Origin: Yuukianura sp. NJ FZ-2021
Taxonomy: Eukaryota
DNA length: 64,000 nt
Assembly: GCA_046563655.1 (NCBI GenBank)
Contig: CM102289.1
Span: forward strand, 9,300,001-9,364,000
Reading direction: 5' to 3'
A program made the position numbers and the translations under genes. Below, piece after piece: positions 47,912-61,070 of this stretch (its first letter is position 1; every line of letters begins with the position of its first letter). The notes under the pieces are model-generated. The model ran no database searches, had not been told where the DNA came from, and saw only the letters and a list, made by a program, of their open reading frames with translations.

Positions 47912-48321
47912 CAATTAACCCTAAAATTATAAACGCTAGCGCACTATTAAATTACATTTAGCACAACATATATGATGATTGGCCTACCCCTGCTTTATAT
48001 GTGAATGATATATTTTTATGTTGTTCTACCGTGTTCTAAAAAAATCATTAAGCGGCAAGTCGCTACATTACCACAATCGTTTTACGGTATTTTATTTAAA
48101 AAAAACATGACAATTAATGCCAGTGTTATTCCCAGCTCCAGTACTGACGTTTATGTGGCATCACGAGTTTAAAAAACGTAGAAAAAACAGCATTTTCATT
48201 TTTTATTCAATTTTTCATTTCACTTTCAAAAAGGCAGACTTCCTTAGTACAGTGCCCGTGGGTACACAAAAACCCGTATGGATATTCCTGCGCCCTGGTG
48301 TGGAGAAACCCTGCCGGATTC

Positions 48322-48336
48322 CTTCGAGACTTTTCT
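48322..48336. promoter_or_regulatory. Imperfect heat-shock element upstream of the Hop/STI1 gene
   Basis: cTTCg-aGACt-tTTCt forms three alternating nGAAn units with one mismatch. Its position upstream of an HSF-regulated co-chaperone is suggestive only. Confidence 0.3.
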
Positions 48337-48769
48337 TTGACGATTGCATTGCTAAAAAACTAACGTGCTCTTCTGCTTCTGCTTCTCAAATCTCAAGTCC
48401 TCAGTTTGCAGGTATCGGTCATCGTCAATCGTTGTTTGGTATATTGCTGAAAACCGATTCAATTAAACAATTAAAGTGATTTACCTCTATTCGTTTGCCA
48501 AATCCGATTGTGTCTTCAATTTTTGCATTTTCGGTAAGTCAACTCACAGACGTCTATGAGAAATGACTTCACTTCTCACATGAAAACTGGGATTCATAAA
48601 TTGTTTTGGTTATAGTAAAGCGATCTAGTCTGTTTTTCTTGATTTACGTCGGTTTAATATTTAGTTAAATTAATGGGTTTTTGTTCCGTTCTATTATATT
48701 TTCCATAGGTTTTATACCGCTGTCTGTTCTTTTGGTGACACAAGGACTTTGACGTTCAATCTCATCACA

Positions 48770-49961
48770 ATGGTAAGGATAAATCTTGGTCTTTGGATTA
48801 GAAATATAAGTTGAAATATTCCTAATCGATTACTACATGTTTTTAGAACACCAATGCTGAGAATGAAAAAGCGGCTGGGAATGCCGAGTACAAGAAGAAG
48901 AACTTTGAGCCGGCGCTGGAGCATTATCGAAAAGCAGTGGAACTGGATGGAACAAACATGACGTACAGGACCAATATAGCTGCCGTTTACTTCGAGCAGA
49001 AGAAATACCAAGAATGTATCGACGAATGCCTGGCGGCCATTGATATAGGACGTGAGAACCGTGCCGACTATAAGCTAATTGCCAAGGCCTTCTCTCGTAT
49101 GGGTAATGCTGCCAGGAAAATGGGAGATAACAAGACTGCTAAAGTTTACTATGAGAAGAGTCTCAGTGAACACCGAACTCCTGAAACACGAGCACTCGTT
49201 TCCGAAGTTGAAGCACTCATCAAAGAGGAAGAAAGAAAGGCTTACATTGATCCAGCTAAAGCAGAAGAAGAGAAGGAAAAGGGAAACGATTACTTCAAGA
49301 AGGGAGATTATGGAACTGCAGTCAAATATTATACTGAGGCTATCAAAAGAAATCCGGAAGATCCGAAGTTATACAGCAATAGAGCCGCCTGCTACACCAA
49401 ATTAGCTGCCTTTGACCTAGGACTCAAAGACTGCGAACAGTGTCTGGCACTGGACCCTAAATTTAGTAAGCTTCAATTTCACTTTGCTGAGTATTTCTTA
49501 GCCAATTGATAACTGATCTCTGATTGTTTTTGTTTTAGTCAAAGGCTGGATTCGGAAGGGAAAGATTCTACAAGGAATGCAAGATGCAGGAAAAGCGATG
49601 TCAGCTTATGAGAAAGCTTTGGAGATAGATTCCAATAACGCAGAGGCTTCTGAAGGTTACAGACAGGCAATGATGGCCGTGTACTCGGATCCCGAAGAGG
49701 CGCGAAAACGTGCACTCGGCAATCCGGAAATTCAGTCCATCTTACGCGACCCTGCAATGAGAATGATTCTGGAGCAAATGCAGAACGATCCAAAGGCTCT
49801 GCAAGAGTAAGTTGCTAAGCAACATCAAACTTTTTGAATTCTCGAATCTCGATTGAATTACTAATTTGCTTCTATTCTGTTGTTTTAGACATCTCAAAAA
49901 TCCTGAAGTATCCGAGAAGATCCAGAAGTTGATTGAAGCTGGTATCATCGCAATCCGTTAA
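48770..49961 (+). CDS. STIP1: Hop/STI1 co-chaperone, short form (TPR2A-TPR2B-DP2), 320 aa; exons 48770-48772, 48847-49465, 49539-49806, 49889-49961
   Basis: M|NTNAENEKAAGNAEYKKKNF..NMTYRTNIAAVYFE (TPR2A), AEEEKEKGNDYFKKG..YSNRAACY (TPR2B), and PEIQSILRDPAMRMILEQMQNDP..KLIEAGIIAIR (DP2). Confidence 0.93.
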
Positions 49962-50839
49962 CCCCATCAGAAGTGCGTTCTTCCGTTAATCTAAACCGTC
50001 AAGCTTCTGTGGCGTTCCAACTTAGGTTACGAATTAGGCTGGCAATTTTAAGAGCTCATATTGAAAGAGTGGTTAACTATAATGTTCCAGTTCCGTTTAG
50101 AACCAGTATAAATCACAACTTAATTTAAATCGGTGAGTTTAGACAGCATCAGCGTCTCACAAAGTCAAAACTCTCCCAATTATCTTCTGGAACTTGTTCT
50201 CATTATAGAATAAATCTAATTACATTATTTTCAATATGTAGTTAGGTTAGCTAAAATAAAATTCTATCAAATTGAAGCTTCAAGAATCGTTGTTTGAACT
50301 TTAGAATTAATCATTCAAGTTAATTAATTGATTAATTAACTTTAGGGTTGAATTCAGTTCATGTTTATGTGACGTGGAAGTGAGATAAATTACGCCCAGT
50401 TGTACTAAAAGTTCAACGTCATATCAGCCCAAGCACCTTGAATAGATGGACACGTTGACCCGGACGTAAGACAACAACGTTAGGCTAACGTTGATCCTTA
50501 CTTGTAACTTGCAGTTTGTAATTCAGTATTCATGAAACAATAACTCACTAATTTAGCTAAGCTATTCCAATTAATCTATTCTGGTTTTCTAACTTACGTA
50601 ACGTTACAATTTAAGGAGGCTATGTTCGTGCCATGCCCATATCAGAGCAGCGGATACGTGTGACATTCTGGTCATTTGTTTGAGTAACCAAAGAAATTTC
50701 GGCGATTTCAATTACATCGTTAGTATTTTGCTGTCATTTGTTGACCTTCTGACAGCTGAGAATAAATTACTTAGCCAATTGATTCAACGATTTCGTTCTT
50801 AGCTGTAATTAGCCATCGGTCTGTTTACGAGCTGCAATA

Positions 50840-53800
50840 ATGAATTTCCGGAGAGAGGCAAAGAAAGAAGAGGAAGAAAGTAAGTCTATTGACTATTGAG
50901 TAATCACACATCTGTCAATTTGATTAATCATGATTTTAAGCCAACGATTGAAATACGTTTTGTTTGCTCTCTATTTTTAGCATCGTCCAATCCATATGCA
51001 TCTTTGGAGAAGACAGCAGTGCTCCAGGAAGCTCGGGCATTCAACGACAGTTTGATTGTCCCAAGAAAATGTACGCTGATTTTGTCCAAGATCCTTTATC
51101 TTTTGAATCAAGGCCAAAGTTTCGGCACTACGGAGGCCACGGAAACGTTTTTCGCCATGACAAGGTTGTTTCAGTGTCCAAATCCGATTCTCCGACGTAT
51201 GGTTTACTTGGGAATCAAAGAACTGAGCCAGGTTTCGGATGATGTCATAATCGTCACTTCGAGTCTAACGAAGGACATGACGGGAAAGGAAGATCTTTAT
51301 CGTGGTGGTGCTATTCGGGCTCTGTGTACTATCACAGACGTGAGATTTGTTGTCATTTTTGTGTCAAGTCTTCGTTTGTTGGACGAATTATAAACGTTTT
51401 CATTTGTTTTCTAGAGTTCCATGCTTACTACATTGGAACGGTACTTGAAGCAAGCCATTGTGGACAAACTGCCAAGCGTAAGCAGCGCTGCGTTAGTAAG
51501 ATCGTACCATCTGACGTTTACTAACAGCGAGCTGGTGAAACGTTGGGTTTCAGAGGTTCAAGAAGCTCTCAACTCGCAAAGGTAATGTATAATAGGATGC
51601 TACTAATAACGTTTTTTTTCAACGATTTTTTGAACTTATCAAACGTTTTTTTCTGTTCCTATTTGTGATAGTGTGATGGTCCAGTATCATGCACTGGGAG
51701 TACTGTATCATATTCGGAAGGCTGATCGCTTGGCAGTGACAAAGTTGGTTAGCAAGCTCACTAAGGCCCACATGAAGTCTCCGTTTGCTGTATCACTGCT
51801 GGTGAGCCCACTTGTAACAAATAACAATAACATCAATCAACATTGCCTTTGAATTATCTTGCATGTTTTAGATTCGTATTGCTGCGAAACTGGTTGATGA
51901 AGAGGATAACCCCGTGGATTCGCCGTTTTTTGACTTCCTCGAGGTGTGTCTTCGTCATAAGTCGGAATTGGTCATCTTTGAAGCTGCCCATGCAATCATC
52001 AATTTGAAGAAAGTCACTCCACGTGAAATTAATCCAGCAGTGAGCGTTTTGCAACTCTTCTGCTCCAGTCCAAAAGCTGCCCTTCGATTCGCTGCTGTTC
52101 GAACGTTGAACAAAGTAAGTAAAATCACGCATTTTTACTAAATCTCAATTTACTCAATTTACAAAATCTAAACAGCAATATTTTGGTATAGATTGCAATC
52201 AACCATCCTACATCTGTCACCAACTGTAACGTGGATCTTGAAAACTTGATTACCGATGCAAATCGTTCAATTGCTACTTTGGCCATTACGACTCTCCTGA
52301 AGACTGGTGCAGAATCGTCAATCGATCGTCTCATGAAACAAATCAGCACTTTTGTGTCCGAAATTTCGGATGAGTTCAAGGTCGTTGTCGTCCAGGCTAT
52401 AAAGTCTCTGTGTATGAAGTTTCCCCGAAAACACGGCACTCTCATGCAATTTCTTGCTGGACTTCTCCGCGACGAAGGCGGTTTGGACTACAAAGCAGCA
52501 ATTGCTGATACAATTATTACCATTATCGAAGAGAATCCAGATGCAAAGGAGTCGGGTAAGGAAAATCCGTCTTGAAACTTGATTTTTGAAATTTTAAATT
52601 TTGAAATTTTGAATAACTTTATGTTTCAGGTTTGTCCCATTTGTGTGAATTTATCGAGGACTGTGAACACACGAGTCTCGCCGTGAGAATTCTGCACTTA
52701 CTGGGCAAAGAAGGACCCAAGACGAAGCAACCTTCGAAGTACATTCGCTACATCTACAATCGTGTCGTTCTGGAACAGGCTCCAGTACGAGCCGCGGCGG
52801 TGTCCGCTTTGGCCCAATTCGCTGCGCAGTGTCCCAATTTGCTACCGAACATCTTGGTTCTGCTCATGCGCTCTCAGATGGATTCGGATGACGAAGTGCG
52901 TGATCGGGCCACGCTGTACTATGAGCTTCTGTCCACTCCTGATCGGTCGTTGTCCACCCAGTTTATCCTCAACTCCCTACAAGTAAGTTGTCATACGTAT
53001 TTCATCAGGCGAAAGCTACTTTATGGTTTTAGTATTGTCTGTCTGTCTGTCTGTGTGGTCGGCCATCAGCCACAAAGACAATTACCATGGAAACAGCTCA
53101 AAATATAGCGAAAGCTACTTTATGATTTGACATTGTCTGTCTGTCTGTGCGGCAATTATTTTCGAAACGGCTCAACATTTCTTGGATTTTTTTTCAGTCT
53201 TCTGTCGTTGCACTGGAGAAGGCTCTGGGAAGTTATCTTCAGACGGAATGCGAGGCTCCATTTGACCTGAAGACAGTTCCACTTGCAACTGCTGTGGCTG
53301 ATGACATTAAGCCAGTCGTTGGGGTTGGTAGTGTTCTGAAACCAAAGGCAACTGTTGAACCCAAGAAGGTCGTGCAATCCGAACTTTCCATTGGCGATGA
53401 GCTCGCGAAGATTCCGCAGTTCTCCAGGATTCCATTTGGCGCTCTTTTCAAAACTTCGGAAAAATTGGCTCTGACGGAATCGGAGACAGAGTATGTTGTT
53501 ACTTGCTACAAGCATGTTTTTCCGAAGCATCTTGTCATTCAGGTACTTTCTTACAATGCAAATATTATTTATATCATTGTAGTTTGTGAAATTTTTGTGA
53601 AAGTTTGAACTTTATTTTTTGAAACTTTTTTAATTTTTGTAGTTCATTGTCGAGAATACTCTGTCGGACCAATTGCTTGAAAATGTCCATGTTCAATTGG
53701 ATTTGCCTGACGGTTTTAACGAAGTTGGTGAATCGTCGATTCCTAAATTGTCATACGGAAGTCCAGGAACTTGTTACGTTGTAATTCGATGGCCAGAAGA

Positions 53801-54457
53801 TATGGAACTTGCTTCCGCTGGAACAATCTCTGCTTCACTCAAGTTTCTAGTGAAAGATTGTGACCCTGATACTGGCCTTCCCGATTCTGATGAAGGTTAT
53901 GATGACGAATATGTGGTGAGTCACTGATTTTAAAACTCGTTTTGAGTACTAAAAAGTATGAAATCATGACATGTTTGCTTGGAATTTACAGTTGGAGGAC
54001 ATTGACATCAACTTGAGTGATCATTTGCTAGGCGTGTCACGTCCAAACTTTGGTGCATCTTGGGATGAGTTGTCGATTGAAAGAGAGGAAACTTATGCTC
54101 TGGGCAATGCCAATACAATTCCAGAAGCTGTCAAGAATATCATCAGTTTCTTAGGCATGCAACCTTGTGATCGAACGGATCGCGTTCCGGAAGGAAAAAG
54201 TAGCCACGCTTTGGCACTGGCAGGTCAGTTTTTAGCAAATCTAGGACTAATTTTAGATAATTAGATAATTATTGTGATTAATTAGTTAATTATTTTAATT
54301 AATTAAGTTAAACTTTTTTGTTCAAGGTGTATTCCGTGGCGGAGTGGAGGTTCTGGCTCGTGCGAAGTTGGTCCTGTCGGAAGGTGTGAATTTGCAGTTG
54401 ACCGTGAGGTCCACTGATGACTACATTGCTGAGTTGATCACTGGTTCTGTTGGTTAA
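50840..54457 (+). CDS. COPG: Coatomer subunit gamma, multi-exon
   Basis: [94 protein letters not shown]. Stop at 54455-54457. Confidence 0.97.
53009..53150 (+). mobile_element. Tandem DINE-1/HINE-like fragments in a COPG intron
   Basis: GCGAAAGCTACTTTATG..ATTGTCTGTCTGTCTGTG occurs twice, about 99 bp apart. It is related to 26484-26545. Confidence 0.55.
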
Positions 54458-54721
54458 GAAGTTTGGACGACACTTAAGATCGTCATGGACTAAATATGGA
54501 AATATGAATAGCTTAACATTTGGTTTTACCCTAATTTCCAATTTGGGAAATATTGGGTTTAAGGAATTCAATTTTGCTTGGTTAGTTTAATATTTTTGTG
54601 ATTGGCTTGTATAAAATAAATTTCATTTCTCGTAACTATTTAACTTTTTTTTTGTCGCAAAATACGTAAAAGGCACAGTAAAGCTTCGGATTGGTTTGTG
54701 TTATGGTATGGCTCCTTCCCT

Positions 54722-57700
54722 TTAACTGGCGCGTTTAGTTCGTTTCAAATTGTTTAGAATGGAACGCATTTCTTCAATGGCAATTGACTCCGCAGGTTTC
54801 GTTTCTCCCGCTTCAGTTTCCTAAAAACACATTTTTGTTAGGAGTTGGTTCAATAGTTTATAAAAGGATTTCTAGATTAGGAGTTCAGGAATTCGTGATT
54901 TCAGGAATAAGAGTTCAAGATTAGGATTTTAGGAATTCGGAATTTTAGGATGAGGTTTTCACGTATGCGGGATTTCTAGGCAACGATTTCAGGATTAGGA
55001 CTTCGGGAATTCGCGATTTCAGTAAATTCCGGATTTCATTATTGGGACTTCTGGAACTCGGGATTTCTAGACTAAGAATTCATGATTAGGACTTCTGGAA
55101 TTCGGGATTTCAAGATTAGGATTTGAGGAATTCTGGCCCGAGATTTGAGGAATTCTTACCTTTCTGCCAACAGTCCTCTTGTCTGTTGCTCTGAGCTTGA
55201 TTCCTCGTTTGATTTGCGACACAACGTCGTCAATTGTTGCCGAAGAATTGGGAATGATTGATTTGAGTTCTGGAGTGGAGGAGCCACCGGCTGAATCCGC
55301 CAAGGAGCCAGTGGAACTGAATTCTTTGGCTTTCCGGAGTGTCACTGACTGTAAAGAAGAATTCAAACCAGAGGGAAGTGGCGGGGGAGGTGGTGGGGCA
55401 AGGAGGTTCATTGGCGGGGGAGGAGGTGGGGGCGGTGGGGCCACTGAAACTACTGCACAAGCATCTTGCTCCGCCAGTTTCTCTTCAGCTTCTTCAACTC
55501 TTTGGCGCAATTCTTGAACGAGAGATTCCATTGATTTGATCTTGGCTTCTGATTGGATAGATTTCGTTTCGTACTCGGACTCCTTGTCATGGATAGTTTC
55601 CTAAAGTTAATTAAGATTAAGGTAATTAATGTTAATTAATTTTTAGTTAATTAAAAGTTATGTTAATTTACCTGTAAATTTAGTATTTGTGTTTCATAAT
55701 GTAACTTTTGTTCTTCAAATTGGAGTTGAATGTCGTTGATTTGGTTGAGAGCGTCTTGAAGTTGTGCGTCCACGGCGCGAGTGGAAAAGAAAACGACGCT
55801 TTGCCTCTGCAAAACATTTTTCTCGGCTTGGATCTGTTCAAAATTTTGAAAAAAAAAATTCAAAAAAATGTAATTTTCTGAAATTTAGCTATTTTCTTTT
55901 GCCAATCTTAGCCATACTTTTCTAAGCTCAGCTTCAGTAGCTTGTAGTTTTTGAAAATCGAAGAGTTCTTTGGCTTTTAGTGACTCCAATTCCAGTTGAA
56001 GGTCGCTGACCTTTGACCTCAGCTCGACCTTTGCTAATTCATTTTCATGAAGACGCTCTCGTAATGCTGTAATTTCTGCAGTCGAGTTCTGAATTGAATC
56101 GTTGATGAGCAGAGCTGCTTCTTGACTTTCAAATTCTGATAACTTCGTTTTTTCCAATTCGCTTTCCAGGTTGACTACACGTGACTCCAATTCTAAAAAG
56201 CATACAAATATGGCTTAAAATTTCAAAGTTTGTTTGAACTAATTCCAAAAACATTACAAAAAAAATTCAAATAAAAATGCTTAGATTTTTTTTTTTTTGG
56301 AATTTTGAGTCACCTTGAACGCGTGCGCGGAGAAAGTTGATTTCTTTGTCTTCGTTTCCGTTTTCTTCGGCTTTTCCTAATTCCATGAGCTGCTCCAAAT
56401 CAAAATTTCCGCCTTCTGTCACATGCTGCATCAACGCTGCACTTTGGCGTTTCAGTTTTCGATTTTCTCTGTTGTACTAAAAAAAAAATATTTTTTTTTA
56501 AAAGGAAATGGGATTTTTTCGAATTTTTAAATATGTGGATGTTAATTTTTGTTAAATAAATTTTTGTTTCCTTTAATTTTTTTTCTCACTTCATCAACTC
56601 TGCTCAGAGCGTGGGATTTTGCTGAATTTTCTGCCATGTAATGCTTCTTCAATTTGTAGTAATCGTGGTAAGCTGCTTCAGAAGCTAAAAGTAAACAAAA
56701 GTGAAACAAATAATTTGCTTTTTTGAAATTTTGAAAAGAAAAGTTTATGAAAAGATAAAGTTTGTTCTTTGTTGTACCATTTCGTAATGCTTCTAATTGG
56801 CTGTTTGAACTTTTAAGGCGTTGAGAAACTTTTTCATTTTCTGCTCCAAGTTCCTGGTAGCGCCGTCGAAGTTCTTCATAATCTCGAGTTGCTATGCAAA
56901 ATTCAAAACAAGAAAATTTTAAAAATGAAAAGAACTTTCAAAAAAAAAGTTTGTAATTTGACTTCCTTTGACTTAAACTTTTAAACAAGTTATATGCAAC
57001 AACTTTTCTTTTGAAGTTTCTCTTTTTTTCTCAAAAATTTTAATTTCACTTTACCTTTTTGTGCAAGAGAAACAATGTGGAGTCGCTTTCTCTCCGCTTC
57101 TTCATACTTTTCCTTCCAGTCCATACCGGGAGTACTGGAAATGCTGGAAATGCTGGCAGTGCTGGAAGTATTGCTGTTGTTCAGATTATTCAGAAATTCC
57201 CCTCCAGGAAGTTTTCCTGTCATTCCTGGAACTACTGCGTTGTTGTTATTCCTTGTTGGTGAAATTAGTTTTGGAATGGAAGAATTTTGACAAAACAGAG
57301 TCGGTTTTGGTTTTTCTAAAAGTTTTGGCCGAGTTGGGGATGGACACGGTCTAAAAGAGTCCGCTGATCTACTTGTCACTGGTCCTGATGATACTGATGA
57401 CGCTGATGACAAATTAATTGTCATTGTAGTTGCCTTCTTGGGCTGATTACTCATGGTGACAAGTTCGTCAGTTGACCCAAAAGTGTCTCGCGATGCCCCA
57501 AAGATTGCTGATTTCAAACTTACTGATTCTGAAATTCCTGATTTCAAATTTGCTGATTCTGATTTTCCTGATTTCCAATTTGCTGATTCCGGACTTGCTG
57601 ATTTCGGCCTTTCAAAATTGTTTTCCACTTTCGGTTGTTGAACTACGTTGAAACTTTGTGTGTTTGTATTTGAAATTTCAGATTTTGGAATGGGTGGCGT

Positions 57701-57832
57701 CTTTCCTCTGAATTTGGTGAATCCTGTACTTCTGTCTATGGAAGTTTCTGGCTCACTTTTGAAGTTGTTTGTGGTGGAAGCCGCAGCGTCATTCTGCTGA
57801 AACTGCAGAATCCGATTCCTCACACTTGACAT
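54722..57832 (-). CDS. Shootin-1-like coiled-coil / poly-proline actin-associated protein, multi-exon
   Basis: A disordered N-terminus precedes long coiled coils with ENRKLKRQS and EKNVLQRQS, then PPPPPPPPP, the WH2-like IDDVVSQIKRGIKLR, and AIEEMRSILNNLKR. This architecture matches shootin-1. Confidence 0.72.
54865..55135. repeat. Intronic degenerate 8-bp-period repeat (AGGATTTC/AGGAATTC/GGGATTTC)
   Basis: The last shootin-like intron is composed of variants of this octamer. Confidence 0.7.
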
Positions 57833-60800
57833 GCTTAAGTGATAAGACAAAAAGTAATGGACCAATTCACAGAAATTGTGGAGTGAGTGTAGGAAAACCA
57901 ATAAAGTCAAATGTTACACACTGTTAGTGCAAAACTAAAAGTGACGACACTAACCACCATAGCCTTTGACTATGTTTATGTTCAAGGAAAAAGTTAGGTT
58001 TATCTTCCTGTCGTCACGACCAATTCCAAACAGTTTGTTCACGGCTTATTAGACACAGCACATAGTCTAAATAGCACTAAATTTAACAACTCAATTCTTC
58101 CAGTTTCAAAGTGTAATGGACCGTATATTGCACTTTGCCAAATATCTGTTACAGCAATAAACTTCTGAAAAAGTTTTTTTTTGAAAAAAAGTGATGGCCC
58201 GTGCCTAAAACTTTTTGCAAAATTTATGTTTCTTCAAGCTTTTTTTTTTCAAACTTTTTTTTTGAAGTGCTCACTTCGGCTGTGAATGAGCAACTGAACA
58301 ATGCTAAAATCTGCAAGCTTAAGATCCGTTTCAGCAAAGAATTTTTGACTTAATAACAATAATGCAAAAAATATCACCTCTCAAGACGCTAAAAAGTTTA
58401 ACATGTTTTAAGAGGTAGTGCAAAGTAGTTATAAAAAGAGGGTGGTGGTTTGGTTAAGTTTTGTTAGTCATAACTTTAAGTGCGTGGCTCTGCTTGCTAA
58501 TTTTTGCAAAAATTTTTTGCCAGTTGAAAAGTTGGTGGTACATTTTAGCCTTTGTACATAGTTGAGAGTGGATAAGTTAAAATGTAAATTTAAAGCGGGT
58601 GGGGCACTTTTTTTGAAGTGGAATGACTAATGCATCGTTTTTTTTCTGAACTCAATTTCGAAATTATGAATCGACTCATCCTTTGTGTTCCTTTTTACAC
58701 AAAAAAAAGTGACGTCAAAAAGTTGCTCAAAAAGAGTTGATTCAATTGAAATGATTTTCCGTGTCATTGAAGTCAACATTTTTCAAACTGAGGACGAATT
58801 GCTTTAGTATAGTTAGTGTTGTGATGATGCCTCTCTTTTTGTCATTTATGAATTGTGAAAGCAATGGCAATCAAGTGACACTTTTAAGTTTCAAATTCAG
58901 ACGCAACTTTTTAACATTCTTTGAAATTGTGAAAAATCAATCTGTACTTGGCAATCAGCAGTGATTAATGGATTGATTGGCTTAAATGGAACTACACATG
59001 AATAACATTTCCTTGTACAGTTGTAGGTGTGACACTAACATTTTTAAAGACTAACACTTTGTATAGTACCTGCGCTCTTTTTATAGGTTTTAGGCATAAG
59101 GGACCCTGACAGCATTTGGTGTGTCAATAAAGTCTTAGTATTTAGAATATCGGAGCATCTTTGGCACAGCATGGCAACAAATGTTAGCCGACAGTATCAG
59201 CATATGCTATGCACTTTCTAAAAAACAAACTAACGCTTAAAAAACTAGCAAAATTTTACTAAAACTAACTAAATTTTACAACTCTGAAAAGTTTATTAAT
59301 GAAAAATTTACATTTCTGAAAAGTAAAACCAAATTAACTTATTCACAACTACTCTAACTGAACAAAAAACTTTGAAAACTTTAAGTAAAAAGCGACAGAA
59401 AAAACAATTCCTCAAAAGTCTTAGCGTGCCCCAGACTCAAAAAACGGAAAGATGAGAAGCTAGGTCCCAAAATTTGAAATTTTAGTGCTTTAATGAAGCA
59501 AAACTAATTGGAAATTTAAGAGCGAGATTAACATTTGGTATCTGGGGCTCCGTCGTGTGACAGATCCAATTACTAGCATATGCAAAGACCATAAAAAACT
59601 AAACAACTAAAATGAGGTTTTAGAAACAAGAGAGCACGGGCGGACTGAATAATAAATTTCACACGGAATTAATCTTGTGCTTTTTGCTTGAGTGCCTCCG
59701 CACCACTTTCTCCAGCATCTTTCAAAGTGAAAGTAAAAGAAGACGGATGTTTTATAAAGAAAACAAGACGGATTCAAGAATAAGTAAAAAGTTATGTGCT
59801 TTGGGGACTCTCAAACTTCCTCATAACATTTCTTAAAAAAAGTTAGTAGAACAAAATGAAAAAGCAACAGCAGAGACTTTTTGCATGAGATTATATTCAT
59901 TTCCGTAAAATTTTCTGCCTCGCAAAACCTAAATCCTTCTGAAACTAAAACAAAAAGAAGTTCTGCGTTGTAACAAAGTTTTTTTGGAAAAGCTCTTTTC
60001 AAAACACAGATTCTTCCATAAACTACACTCCGTTACTTGATTCAATCTGCAGAGATTTAGTGAGGGTTACGTGGTTACGCCCTCACTCTCCCCACCACCA
60101 CTTCACATCCATTGCTACTTTTGACATCTAGTGAATCTCGTTCGTAAGCCAAACACTGATGAACGGTCTCTAATGTACGGTATCATCAAGGTTTATTGAC
60201 AACGAAAAATGAATTTTCTTTAACAGGTTGAGTACTACCTTGCATGTTAAAGAAAAAAAAGAAGAAAATGAAAAGAAAAAAAAACAACAAATTGGTACGA
60301 ATTTTTGGTACGAATTCGTTCGTATGTATAATTTAAAAAATTCGGCTTTATTGTGATGACTACGATACCTTGAAATGAAAGACACTCTTTTTTGCAAAAT
60401 CGAAAAACCATGAAGTATTACTCAACCTGTTAAAGAAAATAAAAACCAGGCGGTCCATTTGTGGCCGTGCATGAGAGTCAAGGAATGAGTGGCTCTGTGT
60501 TTTCTTCATGTTCAAACTGAATTGGATGAAAGCAGAAGTGGCTCTTGAGGAATGTGGCAAATAGGCACTTCAAAAGACGTTGCTAGGAAAATTTCCAAGG
60601 AGGATTTCAATTTCGGTCAAAATGGGAACATGAGAAGCGGAATGTTCAAAAGACTCCACTTGAAAGTGTTCTAAACGAGGCTTAATTGATGAGTGTATTG
60701 ATGAGGCTTGACTCAAATGCTGGATGCTGGAACAGCCTGCTGGAGAAAAACACAAAAGGTAATAAGAAGAAGAGCTTTTTACTTCCCGGGATCCAACTCC

Positions 60801-61070
60801 GCATGCCTTTCATCTTCTTCTGGCAGCGTCTAAATCAGCGATTCAGCGATTCAGTCGGAGCCAAGATTCGGTGGAGTGCAGTTATCTCACTTTGGTGTTT
60901 TGGAGATTGTGTTGTGCCAAAAAACGCTTCGACTGACGCCAGGAGTGACAATGACCTTAGCACTGTTTTGGCAGTTGGCATACTGTCTTGACTAAAGTGC
61001 TTGTGCTGCCAGTATCTTGCAGTACTTGTGCTGCCAGTACATTGGCTCCACTTGGACAGAAAGTTGGAAG

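Noticed and set aside
57900..61000. Short ORFs in the long shootin/carboxypeptidase intergenic region
   Set aside because: They have no recognisable motifs and their composition reflects A/T tracts. The region is probably UTR introns and regulatory DNA.
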